DNA of 64,000 nucleotides. Origin: Callorhinchus milii (Eukaryota). Below, in pieces: positions 51,700-63,152 of the stretch (the first letter of the stretch is position 1; every line of letters starts with the position of its first letter). Under the pieces are notes generated by a model. It made no database searches. It saw only the letters and a program-made list of their open reading frames with translations, and was not told the origin of the DNA. A program made the position numbers and the translations under genes. The DNA is taken from positions 114,454,001-114,518,000 of the forward strand of contig NW_024704742.1 of assembly GCF_018977255.1 (NCBI RefSeq). Reading direction: 5' to 3'.

Positions 51700-51840
51700 C
51701 CCTGTTGCTTGGTTGCTAAGTGACGGGAGCTGGTTAATCTCACTAACTTGGTAGTTGGAGGCCCCCAACACATAACCAGGATGTGATTGGCTGTGCTGCT
51801 TCCCCTTTGCCGGAAGTTTCTAGGGAAAACGTCCGCCTCT
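51700..51840 (+). promoter_or_regulatory. Promoter-like motif cluster (candidate ATG10 promoter)
   Basis: RFX X-box-like GTTGCTAAGTGAC 51712-51724, inverted CCAAT (GATTGG 51785-51790), ETS CCGGAAGT 51810-51817 and a GC-box-like gtccgcct within 130 bp of unique sequence. Confidence 0.5.
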
Positions 51841-52332
51841 TTTGGAATATTTGAGCGTTTTTGGAGTGTTTTGTTTTCTTAAACTGACATTAACTCTTTC
51901 AACATTTTGGCTCCTGGAACTTTAGGCTATATATCATTTAGCTCAGCCCTCATAACCCTAATGTCAGCTTGTTTAAAGTTGTTTGGTTGTAGGATTATGC
52001 CACTTCCATAGTCAATTCAATGTTATTGAGTATGGTTACTGTCACCTGGTGGGTCAACTACTTCTACCGCTTCCACAGTGCCTGGATCACTGACAAGGAC
52101 TAAGTCGAAAAGGGATCTGACCCTTATGAGCTCCCTGACAAATTAGCTGATATCTGCTGCAGAATGCCTATTTCTGTTTGACTTCCATGCTCTGTGGTGT
52201 AGAGGAAATAATTTGTCAGAGTTATTGGTATCCAGTGACTCCTGCTGAAAGGTGTGTGATATGGTGTATGTAGCCAGTCCAAGATCTACTGTAAGGTAAC
52301 ATATAGTTGAATAGCCTGTTGGCACTAATTAT

Positions 52333-52860
52333 TTTGGGGGGGGTCAGCCGGGTGTCTGACACACGTGGGTTTCCATGTGTGCCAGACACCCGGCTGACCC
52401 ACAACCAAACAACTTTAAACAAGAATATCCAAACGAAACTGAGAATTCCATGCCTCCCAACTACACATGGAAATCCCTGAGATAGAATGTCCCTCCCTGG
52501 AGGAATGCATCCTGCTTTCCTAATTCTGGAAAGTATTAGGCACAATTTGGCAAGTGCCAAGGCTCGGGGACCCCATAATGTGTACTGCTGGAGGCTAAAA
52601 CCATTTAGCTTGCCATTGATGTTGCTATCTGGCAAACATTCCCACTGCTTGTCCAGCTAGGACCATCCTACCCATTAGGGCTTTGGCTTGCAAGTTAACA
52701 GGAGCTGAGTGGTATGATTCCCTGCCCCCATGATTGGTCTGCCCTTCCAAGTCCTGCCAATGAGCCAGGCTGGCTGTGCTGTCAGCAGCAGAGCCCTGGA
52801 ATACTGAGGACCCAAGGGGCTCGGGAACTGGACTACCGAGGGCTGGCTCACAAGAGGGTT
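52333..52860 (-). mobile_element. Family X copy with a rearranged 3' end
   Basis: Collinear with 39096-40030; a further short fragment lies at about 53100-53168. Confidence 0.8.
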
Positions 52861-54432
52861 GCAGGTGCAGGTAGAACAGCAGTTGCAGCAAGAGTTGGTG
52901 CTTTCAGGAAAAGAGGAATAAAATATAACTATAAGAAATGTTGATTTCTTGCATGATCTGCAGTATTTGGTCAAGAGACTGTGTTTGATTGATTGCTTTG
53001 TTTTGTTGCCACCTCCTCCGTGGACCAAAGATTAAAGGACCCGCTCTTCTGAATTGTTTTGTCTTTCTATGAAGTCCAATGCTTCAAAGTATTCAGATTA
53101 TGCAGAAACCCATCACTATGCTTAAGAATATCCAAATCAGACAGAGTGCCACCTACAAATGGAAATTTTGTCATGTCCGTCTAGTAAATACTAATTAAAG
53201 TATTTTTAAAAAAGTGCATTGTTTAAAAAGACTCAGTATCCTAAATTTGACGAATACAGTGTCATGGCAAAACAAGTTCATTTACTAAAAAAATTAGGTT
53301 AATAAAAGGTCTGTGATTTCTCTTCCGTTTTAATAATTAAAGTGTAGAGCAATGCAGGAATATCCCTCTGCATCAATATGTGCCAGGAAAGTAGGTCAGC
53401 ACGTCAGTACTGCTCGGTGGTTGCAATCGTGCTTTAAGAAACAAATCATGTTGATAAGACACTCTTGATGTGTTGCCTTTTCACTTGTATGGCTTGCTTA
53501 CTCTGTTTAACATTATAGCATTCTTAGGTGTAAACATTTAGAAATATGTGCTTGATAATGCTAAGTGGGTTACAGAAGCATTATTAACAGAAAGCAGCGT
53601 TGCTTGTGCACAAAACAAGTCTAGTTATTTTTAAATTTCTAGGATGATGTGCCTAAAATATAGTTGCACACATTGCCTGCTTAAGATATAGATTTAGTTT
53701 GGGACTTTATAGTTTCAGCATTGCATTTGGAATTGGAAGAGATAAATTAAAAAAAAGTTTAAATAATATGTTTTGAATCTATGTTTTTCAAAGTCAAGCA
53801 GAATGTGTGCAACAACAACAACAAATTACATTTTTATGGCATATTTCATATCAGGAGGACGTCCCAAAGCATTGGACAGTCAGGGATTTTGGTACAGTAT
53901 ACTGTACCAAATACAGTATACTGTACCAAAGCTATTGTGATTTGATCTGCAACCGCAAGAGTTTTCGGTACAGTATACTGCAAAAAAAAACTTCCATCTT
54001 TCATTCACTTAATTCAATGCAGCAAAATAAGCTGTTTTAATAAAACTAGTGTATTAAATTGTTTTAAAGATCAAAACGATGTAGGAATATTCAATGATAA
54101 AACTTCTTGAGAATATTCTCAATTGATTGAACCTCATTGAACGTGGACAAAAAATGTGATCATATTCTAGTGTGTTTAATATTGCTTGTTCACTTAGTGG
54201 TTAGTCTAACTCATTATAGACCTTGCATGCATTGTTTAGGAATCTGATCTGCACCTTGTTGCGGTGATTCTTATTATTAGAACGTACATACTGTAGTAAC
54301 AAAGTCAGGTAGGATAAGAACATCAATCAATCTGTCCTACAATTTCCCCACAAGATTTCTGTTACCTATGTAGCTTAAATTAATTTGCAAAGTTTTAAAA
54401 ATGAAGGCTCTATTTAACAATGCTGCATCAAT

Positions 54433-55709
54433 ACAACAGCAACAACAACTTGCATTTATATAGCACCCTCCACCCAGGCGCATCTTAGCACCTAACAGTG
54501 GCGGAGCCTGACTCCAAGCCGGGGGGAGTGGGGAGGTGGCCGTAAGCACGGTTAAAGAGGAAAGTCTTCAGGTGGGAATTGAAAGAGGGGAGAGAGGGGG
54601 CAAGGTGGAGGGATTGAGGGAGAGTGTTGCATAGTTTTGGGATGTACTGGCTGAAAGCACGACCCACAGTGGTGGGGCGGAGGATGCGATGGACGAGCAG
54701 GAGGCTGGTGCCAGTCGATTGGAGGCGCCAGGCAGTGGATTGGGGAGTGAGGAGGTTGGAGAGGTAGGGAGGTGCCAGAGAGTGAAAGGATTTGAACATG
54801 AGTGTGAGGAGCTTGAAGTTGATCCGTTTGGTGATGGGGAACCAGTGGAGCCTGACCAGAACTGTTGAGATGTGAGTGTGGAGTTTAGTCTGGGTCGGTA
54901 TGCGGGCGGCAGAGTTTTCAATGAGCTGGATCTTGTAAATGACGGTGCTGGGGAGACTGGCGAGGAGTGTGTTGGAGTAATCCAAGGGGGAGGTGACAAA
55001 CGCATGCACGAGGGTTTTGGCTGCATTTGGGGTAAGATACGGTCGAAGGTGGGCAATGTGGCGGAGGCGGAAGAAGGTGGTCATGGTCAGGGACCGAATG
55101 TGGGGGAGGAAGGATAGCTGGGGGTCGAACTGGATGCTTAGATTGCGCACTGGTTCGGTGAGTCTGAGGGAGAGACCAGGGAGGTTGTGGTGTTTAGATC
55201 CACAGGAGTGAAGCCGTTGATGGGAGCCAAGGAGTATGACTCCCGTCTTGTCCCTATTCAGCTGCAGGAAGTTTACACTCATCCAGGCCCTGATGTCTGC
55301 CAGACTAGATGAGTGAACATTGGCAGACCTGGAGTCGATGCTGGAGGCGGCAAAGTAGATTTGTGTGTCATCCGCATACACGTGGAAGTTTACCCCGTGT
55401 CTGTGGATGACATCGCCCAGAGTGAGCATATAGATAAAGAAAAGAAGCGGGCCAAGGATGGAGCCCTGGGGTATCCCGCAGGTGACTGGGTGGGCGTGGG
55501 AGGAGAAACCATTTGCTGAGATGAAAAGATGGCAGTTGGTTAAGTAGGACTTGAGCCATGCGAGTGCGGTCCCACTAAGGTGAATGAGGGAGGAGAGCCA
55601 ACGGATGAGGATGGCGTGGTCGACTGTGTCGAACGCTGGAGAGAGATCCAGGAGGACGAGGAGGCAGAGGGATCCCTAGTCACAGATAGAGAGAATGGCA
55701 TCTGTGACT
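54433..55709 (-). mobile_element. L2 family B, 5'-truncated, relatively young
   Basis: 314-aa open frame with FHVYADDTQIYF and LDYSNTLLA; (CAA)n tail. Confidence 0.95.
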
Positions 55710-56363
55710 AAATAAATCTACTCTAAGCGCTGCTAACATCAAGTTCCATTTGAGGTATTTTAATTTGAAATCTGTGCTCCCTAGTGCGGTTCTTACTGTC
55801 TGAGTCAAAGGGCTGCTGACATCACATCATCTATCCCTCTCATCATTTTAAAGATCTGAATCATATGCACTATATTCATGCTATAATGTGTTTTACTCTC
55901 GCGCAAGTTTGCTTATAACGTGGTTGTATTGTGGACACCCTTCATTACTCCTGAGCACAACTAGCCAGCTCACTTCTCAAGTGCCGGCTGTCTCAACTGG
56001 CAAACTTCCATTTCATTAGGTCACAGATGGAAGTGGAAGCTTCCCAAAAAGAGCCAACTTCCTGGTCATCAGATCACGGCTGATGTCACTACCAGTTTTG
56101 CACATGAACGGGAAACAGGAAGTGATGTTACGGTGACCCAACAGGCAGAAGTTATTTTTAATACTGGCACTAACTGGCTCCAGCTAGTTGTGTGCGTGTG
56201 CAGTCATTACCTTCATTACCTCTATCGCACCTCACTATAATGCTGTTTAGGATTTTATGGATTCAAACATTTTGTTACATAGAGGCTGTGGTGTATTACA
56301 GTATTTTTTTCTCAATTTCACACCTTAATCTTTATTGTGATGAGAAGACATTTGACTCTGTAA

Positions 56364-56621
56364 TAGGGTGACAATACTTTCCTGATTTCCGGGGACAGTC
56401 CCCAGAAGAGGTATTGTGCCCCTGGGGCCAAATTAGCCCCGTCTTGAGTTCAGCAACAAACTGAACAAGAACAATAAAATTCTAAAACAGATACACTCAT
56501 CAGCGAAATACAGCCATTAATCCAACAAGCTTCTCTAGTACTTCCAGCATCAGGATTTGTGGTGAGTTCAATTTATTTAATATGTGTCCCCAGATTTGAT
56601 TTACAAAATATGGTCACCCTT
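56364..56621. mobile_element. hAT-Blackjack-type MITE (MER81/MER94-like)
   Basis: Terminal inverted repeats tagggtgacaata and tatggtcaccct, subterminal ggggacagtccc and tgtcccc; 8-bp flanks only partly match (ctctgtaa / ctccatga). Confidence 0.75.
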
Positions 56622-56905
56622 CTCCATGAGCGTGTCCTCATAGAGATACAAATCCAGGGATTATCCTGGTTTCTCTTCTCTAAACCCTCTTCAATGTTCT
56701 TTTGAAGTTAAGGTGCCAAAATTCTAAGGTATTCCAACTGTGATCTCACCAGGATTCTGCACAAAGTTAGTATGATTTAGAATCACACAGTAGGAGGCCA
56801 TTTGCACCATTATTTTACTTTACTTTCTCAAAAGCCATCTATCCTAATTTTCACATACAATACATGCACATACAGAGAATCACATGCACCTATAAATTTT
56901 ATCTT

Positions 56906-57124
56906 AAATCCTTGCTTTGATATAGCACCTTATCACATTGTTGAGACGTCTCAAAGTGCTTCACAGGATATACAGTATTGTAAAGTGAATTGACTGTGAA
57001 TGTTGTGTGCGAAATGGGGCAGGCAGTTTGCGCACAGCAATGTTCCATAAACAGCCATGGACTGAGCGATCAATTGTTTATTTGGGGGATTTGTTGGCCA
57101 GAACACTGGGAGAACTCTCTTCTC
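56906..57124 (-). mobile_element. Deu-type SINE 3' half
   Basis: Reverse-complement tail and Deu segment. Confidence 0.8.
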
Positions 57125-57131
57125 TAACATT

Positions 57132-57510
57132 GTGGAGCCCTTGTAGCTCAGTGGTTAGATCACTCGCCTCACAAGTGAGAGACCTGGGTTCTATTCCTGG
57201 CAGGGTGAAATGTTGGGCAAGTATCCTTACTCCACATGCCTCTGTTTACCTGGCAGTAAGTAGGAACTCAGTTGTGAGTTGATTGGCGGATTGCTTTTCT
57301 GGGGGGTTATGATTCCTTAAATTTAAAGAAGTTTCATAATAATTATAAATTGGTTATTTCAATCCACGACTGTTTGTGGGACACTGCTGTGCGCAATTGG
57401 CTGCCGCATTTAGCAAACAAAATATACAGTCAAATCACTTTACAGTATATTCTGTGAAGCGCTTTGAGATGTCTCGAAGAAGTGATAAGGCGCTGTATCA
57501 AATGCAATAA
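57132..57510 (+). mobile_element. Long-form tRNA-derived SINE
   Basis: tagctcagtggttag A box, internal ctgtttacctggcagtaagtaggaac block, L2-type tail. Confidence 0.9.
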
Positions 57511-58244
57511 TTAACAAGGATGTGCACACAGATAAACAACACACACTACTTTCAATTTATAGTCAAATATCCCCGAGATGCTACATAGGAATTACATTGT
57601 TAATTTTTACCAGAAACCTTCAGTGAGTAATCATTAATCACACCAAATCATTTTCCTTCTCAACCCATTCAATAAACCCATTTTACAACCAAGGAAATTG
57701 ATAGCACAGAAGAAGGCCATTCACCCTTGGTGTCTGTGCTGGGCCATCTGTGGACAATCTAATTATTTCTTGTTTTATGTTTAACTTGTCCACATTAAAA
57801 TTTCTCTGCCGGTGCTCTTCCCTGTCTTCTGCATTGATTCAAGCCATTTTGGTGTGTATCTCCCTCATGTTTTTTATCTGACCATGCAGCTTGGTATCCT
57901 CAGAAAATCTTATAATATTACAAGAAGTATTCTTCTCCCAAATTGTTTTTGGATATTGTGAACACCAGTGACCCTAAACGGAATGTTACTGTGGAAATTA
58001 TCTCTTCAGGTTTGGATTTGTTGTACAGTTGTGGTTAATTAGCAGTAAATGGTGCAGTTATTTAGTCTGATGATACCTCAGTGCAAACTCTCACACTCTC
58101 ACCCCTAATCTCTTGATTGAGTTAATTTGATTGTGAAGCAGTAGATTTGCATTGGACTAATCTTCAGCGATGAAGAAAGCTCAATGTACATGTTAGATGG
58201 ATAATTCACTGTCATCTGCAGATACTTAGTCTGAGCTAATAAAA

Positions 58245-58505
58245 GTGGAAAATGAAGCAATTGCACAAAAGTTGGATACTTCTAATTTTTTGAATCTGAT
58301 ATTTCTGAGGTATAATATAATAATCCAAATTTTCTTTGTGGGTTTGTTGGACCAGGAGAAATTTCCTTTTTTTTCAAGCAGTGCCATCAGATCTTTTAAT
58401 GGCCAGCTGAATGGACAGACAGCACCTTGGTTTAATGTCTCATCCAAAAAACAACACACAGACAATGCAACACCCTCAGCACTGCATTGAAATGTCATCT
58501 TAGAG
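58245..58505 (-). mobile_element. Deu-domain SINE fragment
   Basis: cagtgccatcagatcttttaat...ggtttaatgtctcatccaa...ccctcagcactgcattgaaatgtca. Confidence 0.75.
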
Positions 58506-58597
58506 TCTAAACTATATAAAGGCAGTCCAGGGAATCCCATTCAGATCTTCGCACTTGCAAATAAGGGAAGTGAAGGAAGTCAATCACCAGAGGAACT

Positions 58598-60028
58598 GCT
58601 TCATCTCCACTCTCCCTTCACTCCCTCCTCGAGCCCCTGCAGTCTGGTCTTCGCCCTGTCTGAAATGCTGTACTCTGTCCCGTGCCTTGGGACGTCCTCC
58701 CGACGTGAAAGGCACTATACAAATGTAATCTTGTTGTTGCCCACAGCACGGAGACAGTGCTTGTCAAAGTCACAAATGACAGTCTCTCTATCTGTGATCA
58801 GGGCTCCCTCTGCCTCCTCATCCTTCTGGATCTCTCTGCCACATTCGACAGTCTACCACACCATCCTCCTCCATTGGTTCTCCTCTCTCATCCACCTTAG
58901 TGGGACCGCAGTCATATGGTTCGAGTCCTATTTAACCAATCACCTCCATTTCATCTCAGCAAATGGTTTCTCCTCCCGCCTCCGCCCGCAGGGTACACAA
59001 GGCTCCATCCTTGGCCCGCTTCTTTTCCTTATATGCTACATGTGCTCCTGCTGGGTGAAGTCATCCGCAGACACGGGCTAAACTTCCACATGTATGCGGA
59101 TGACACACAAATCTACTTTGCCTCCTCCAGCATCGACTCCAGGTCTGCCAATGTTCTATCATCTTGTCTGGCAGACATCAAGGCCTGGATGAGTGTAAAC
59201 TTCTTGAATATGGACAAGACGGAAGCCATACTCTTGGCTCCTGTCAACGGCTTCACTCCTGCGGATCTAAACGCCACAACCTCCCTGGGTTCTCCCTCAG
59301 ACTCACCGAACCAGTGCGCAATCTAAGCGTCCAGTTCGACCCCCAGCAGTCCTTCCTGCCCCACATCCGGTCCCTTACCAGGACTGCCTTCCACCTCCGC
59401 CACATTGCCTGCAAACATATCTTACCCCAAATGCAGCTGAAACCCTCGTGCATGCATTTGTCACCTCCCACTTGGATTACTCCAACACACTCCTCGCTGG
59501 TCTCCCCAGCTCCACCATTCACAAGATCTAGCTCATTGAAAACACTGCCGCCCACATACTGACCCAGACCAAGCTCCGTATACACATCTCACCAGTTCTG
59601 GCCAGACTCCACCGGCTCTCCATCATCGAACGGATCGATTTCAAGATCCTCACACTCGTATTCAATTCCATTCACTCCCTGGCACCTCCCTATCTCTCCA
59701 CCCTCCTCACTCCCCAATCCATTCACTCCCTGGCACCTCCCCTTGATTGGCACCAGCCTCCTGCTCATCCCTCACACCCTCCGCCCCACCATCGGAGGTC
59801 ATGGTTTCAGCCACTACGCCCCAAATCTCTGGAACACTCTCCCTCAATTCCTCTGCCTTGCCCCCTCTCTCCCCTCTTTCAAGTCTCACCTGAAAACTTT
59901 CCTGTTCGACCGTGGTTATGGCCACCTCCCTGCTCCCCCCAGTTGGAGTCAGGCTCCGCCATTGTTAAGCACTCTGAGACGCTACCCTGCGTGGAGGGTG
60001 CTATACAAGTGGAGTTGTTGTTGTTGTT
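58598..60028 (+). mobile_element. L2 family B, 5'-truncated, with a family A tail nested at 58659-58739
   Basis: LEPLQSGLRP / HSTETVLVKVTND, FHMYADDTQIYF; tail gagacgctaccctgcgtggagggtgctatac...(GTT)n. Confidence 0.95.
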
Positions 60029-60051
60029 CATCTATAATAAATTATAGTAAA

Positions 60052-60203
60052 TAATAAATTGGTCACTGAATCCACGATTGTTTGTGGGACACTGCTTTGC
60101 ACAATTGGCTGCCGCATTTTGCCGACAAAATATACAGTCAATTCACTTTACAGTATATTCTGTAAAGCACTTTGAGATGTCTTGAAGATGTGATAAGGCG
60201 CTT
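60052..60203 (+). mobile_element. SINE 3' half
   Basis: ataaattggtcac...gtgggacactgc...aattggctgccgc...gtgataaggcgct. Confidence 0.85.
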
Positions 60204-60487
60204 ATTGGAGAAATGCTGTGAGACGTGAAGGACACAACATGAGTGCAAGTTGTTATTGATGAATGATTTTGATTCCATATGGCCTTCTCATTTTACCTGA
60301 TATCCAATGCAAGAATATAATTAAAAATTATAATTATAACAGTGAAATAGTATGTTTCATGTGCATTAAAATCTAAGAAAGATAGTTAGCATTCAAAATG
60401 TGGTTATTTTATAAGTTATTCTCATTTGGGTTCAATGTAAAGGTACTAATGAAGGGTTTACTATTTCTGTATTTTTAGTACTTGCAG

Positions 60488-60610
60488 ATGTCAAATAACT
60501 TCAGTCAAAGTGAGGATATTTGCCTCGGTGAAAAGCAATTTCTGCAGTTCTGTGACTTGTTTATCAAACATTCAGAGGAGATCAATGATGGTTGGCAATG
60601 GAGGAAACAG
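60488..60610 (+). CDS. ATG10: ATG10 (ubiquitin-like-conjugating E2 enzyme), first coding exon; the gene continues beyond the window
   Basis: Translates MSNNFSQSEDICLGEKQFLQFCDLFIKHSEEINDGWQWRKQ, aligning with the human ATG10 N-terminus as I recall it ([36 protein letters not shown]); preceded by a branch-point-like TACTAAT (60444-60450), pyrimidine tract and AG, and followed by a phase-0 CAG/GTATAC donor. Confidence 0.92.
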
Positions 60611-60944
60611 GTATACAAACATTCACTATTTCAGCTAAATTGAAGGAGTCCTATAATTTGAAGCCTTTAAATATATATAAATTTTGTTTTTCCCTTCTTT
60701 TCCAATGTCTTGCATTCAGTTTGTTAACTAAATGATTTAGATGTTTCAGGTTGGTTGCCAGAGGGTACGAGGCAATCAGTCGGGAGTGACTTTATCTTGT
60801 ATTTGTGATTTCTCTTCTCTCCCGTGCCCTCCTAGAGGAAAGGCTTTAGCCTCTGCTCAATGATTCGCTTTCATGTTACAGCCGAGATTAGGAACGTCTC
60901 AATTTTTAGCCTGTGGTGTTTGAAAACTTAACTATATTGAACAA

Positions 60945-61420
60945 TTTACCTTTCACAAATGTCTTCATTATCCATCAGGTTATCTCTCAGTCTCTTCTTT
61001 TCCAAAGAAAATATGTCCAATTTACTTAACATTTATTTCTTGTAACCTAGATTCCTGAGACCTGGCATCATCTTGGTTGCTCTACTCTGTGTCCTCTCAA
61101 GAATGATAATACATGAATAATTGACTAAAACTATTTGGTAGAGGTCTGAGGAAATAAAGCAAAAAATTTAGTCTTTTGGTTAGTATGCTCTATGTCTTAT
61201 GAGTAAAAATATTTGCTTTTTTACTGCTGAAAACCATTGACAGTTCATCCACAGTAACTTCTGATCACTTTTGTGATCCATAGACTGATTCATGAAATAC
61301 TCCTGATTTTGGTTCCCTACTCATATGTTAAATATTTTACATGTATCCAGGTTGAATGACATCTGCCAGCTATTTGGCTAGCTACCCAAAAGATCCAATT
61401 TCTTCTGAATCTGATTATAT
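60945..61420 (-). mobile_element. Highly degenerate CR1 fragment
   Basis: cagtctcttcttttccaaagaaaa...cctggcatcatcttggttgctctactctg; ttttacatgtatccaggttgaatgacatctgcca. Confidence 0.6.
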
Positions 61421-62996
61421 TTTCAAGATTTACTCTGGTTCAGAAATCGAGAGATTTTGCTTTTAATAACATTTGTGGTGTTAATAAATTGCAAAGATAT
61501 AATACGGTTATATCTGGTTGAAACTTTTACTTTTAATAACTTACAGTATCTTTCACTGCTCTGTAGTACTTTTAAGTCCACCAGTGAAATCGCATTCTCT
61601 AATTATGTTCTTTTGTAATTCAGATTGCTAAACATGCACAAAAATCTTTAAAAATACCAAATGACAATTTACCTCTATTCTCTGCACCGATACATTCTGT
61701 TTATTCCATCGCTATTGTATTAAAAGAAAACATCTACAAGAAAATAGATATAGTGGCTCTCCAAAACAACAGGGGATCAAAAGTGTACAAGAAAATTCAC
61801 AAAGTTACAAAAAGTATGCTGAACTTTAACATCCTTTTGTTTAGTCCTGATCTTTTGATCTTGGGTTGATAGGCTTCCACGATGGGCCCCACATACTAAA
61901 TTGCTAACTCGGTAATGGTTGGCTACATCCTCGGGGAGGATACACATAATCCTGTTCAGCCAGAGAACAAAGAATACCACCTTCCTTAACCTGACTGGCA
62001 GCTGCTCAAGAGCACACCTGAAACCACTTCCCTGAACTGTCAGAATCAAAACTCTGCTTGAGGGCTCTCAAACCTCGAAATTCTAGCTCATGAGTAGCAG
62101 TTAAAATCCATTCCAACAGGCTCCAATAATAATGTTTAATTGAAGCCTTAGGGCTTAGTCAATGAGCATTTAAAGAGTGAGACGTGTCATCGGGACTCTT
62201 TTTAAAAATGAAACGGTTGCAATGCCTATTAATATTTACATCAGTTTTGATTTGCTTCAGCTATTTTTGCCTTGTTTGTTTGAATGAATTGTGAGTCCCA
62301 TTGGTAACATTGGGCGATTGGTCTGAAATAGGTAACAATCCAAAGATGTGAAGTACAGTGGTTGAATTATATAACCATTGAACCAAGGATTCTTCAGGGC
62401 CTTCTGTTGATCCAAGTGACAGTTTTACATTAGGTCAAACTGTGCCATTGTTCAGTGCTCTGAGATGCTACCCCAGGTGAAGGGTGCTATATAAATTGTA
62501 AATGTTGTCATTGTTGTAGTACACCTGATGTCGTTTAAAGAATAGTATTCATGAAACTGACATACGACCAACGGGACACAACAAAATAAATGAATGTTAA
62601 AGTTCAGCAAATTTTGTGTAACTCTTTGATTCTTCTTGCTTTTGTATTGGCCTCTTGTTTTGCAGATCCATTTTGCATATGTTTCTTGTTAATGCAAAAC
62701 TCTTGTTTTTTTTGTTAAAATGTAAAGTATGATTTGTTTATAGGGATGCTGATTTTGGCACAGAGATTTAATGTCTGTTGTGTACTGTACTCTTGTGTGT
62801 TTATGGATTTAAAAATGAGGAGAACCATTTCATTTAATATTCCTATGCCAGGCAATCCGATTACACTGTTACACTTACAAAGCATTGCTAAGAGCATTGA
62901 GTGAAAGACACAGCTGCTTGTTGTGCTTCTGCTTTGAGATATAAACAGGCTGCAGAAATATTATTTTGGATGTTAATCGCATGGCCCTTTGGACAT

Positions 62997-63152
62997 AATA
63001 ACAACAATAATTCTTGCATTTGATTTAGTGACACATTTATCATCTATCTGCCTTATATCGTCAAACTTTTTCAAAGTACTTTGCAGGATTTCAATGTAAA
63101 GTCTGGTGACTATTTATTTGTACATGAACACAGCAGCCAATTTATGCACACA
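62997..63152 (-). mobile_element. SINE 3' fragment
   Basis: ataataacaacaataattcttgcatttgat...cagcagccaatttatgcacac. Confidence 0.7.

Noticed and set aside
51704..51790. MHC class II-type SXY module
   Set aside because: X-box, TGACG and ATTGG are present, but orientation and the roughly 60-bp spacing do not fit
60750..60900. Next ATG10 coding exon
   Set aside because: Acceptor-like sites exist, but the frames I checked do not resemble the expected xxDGYMxK segment
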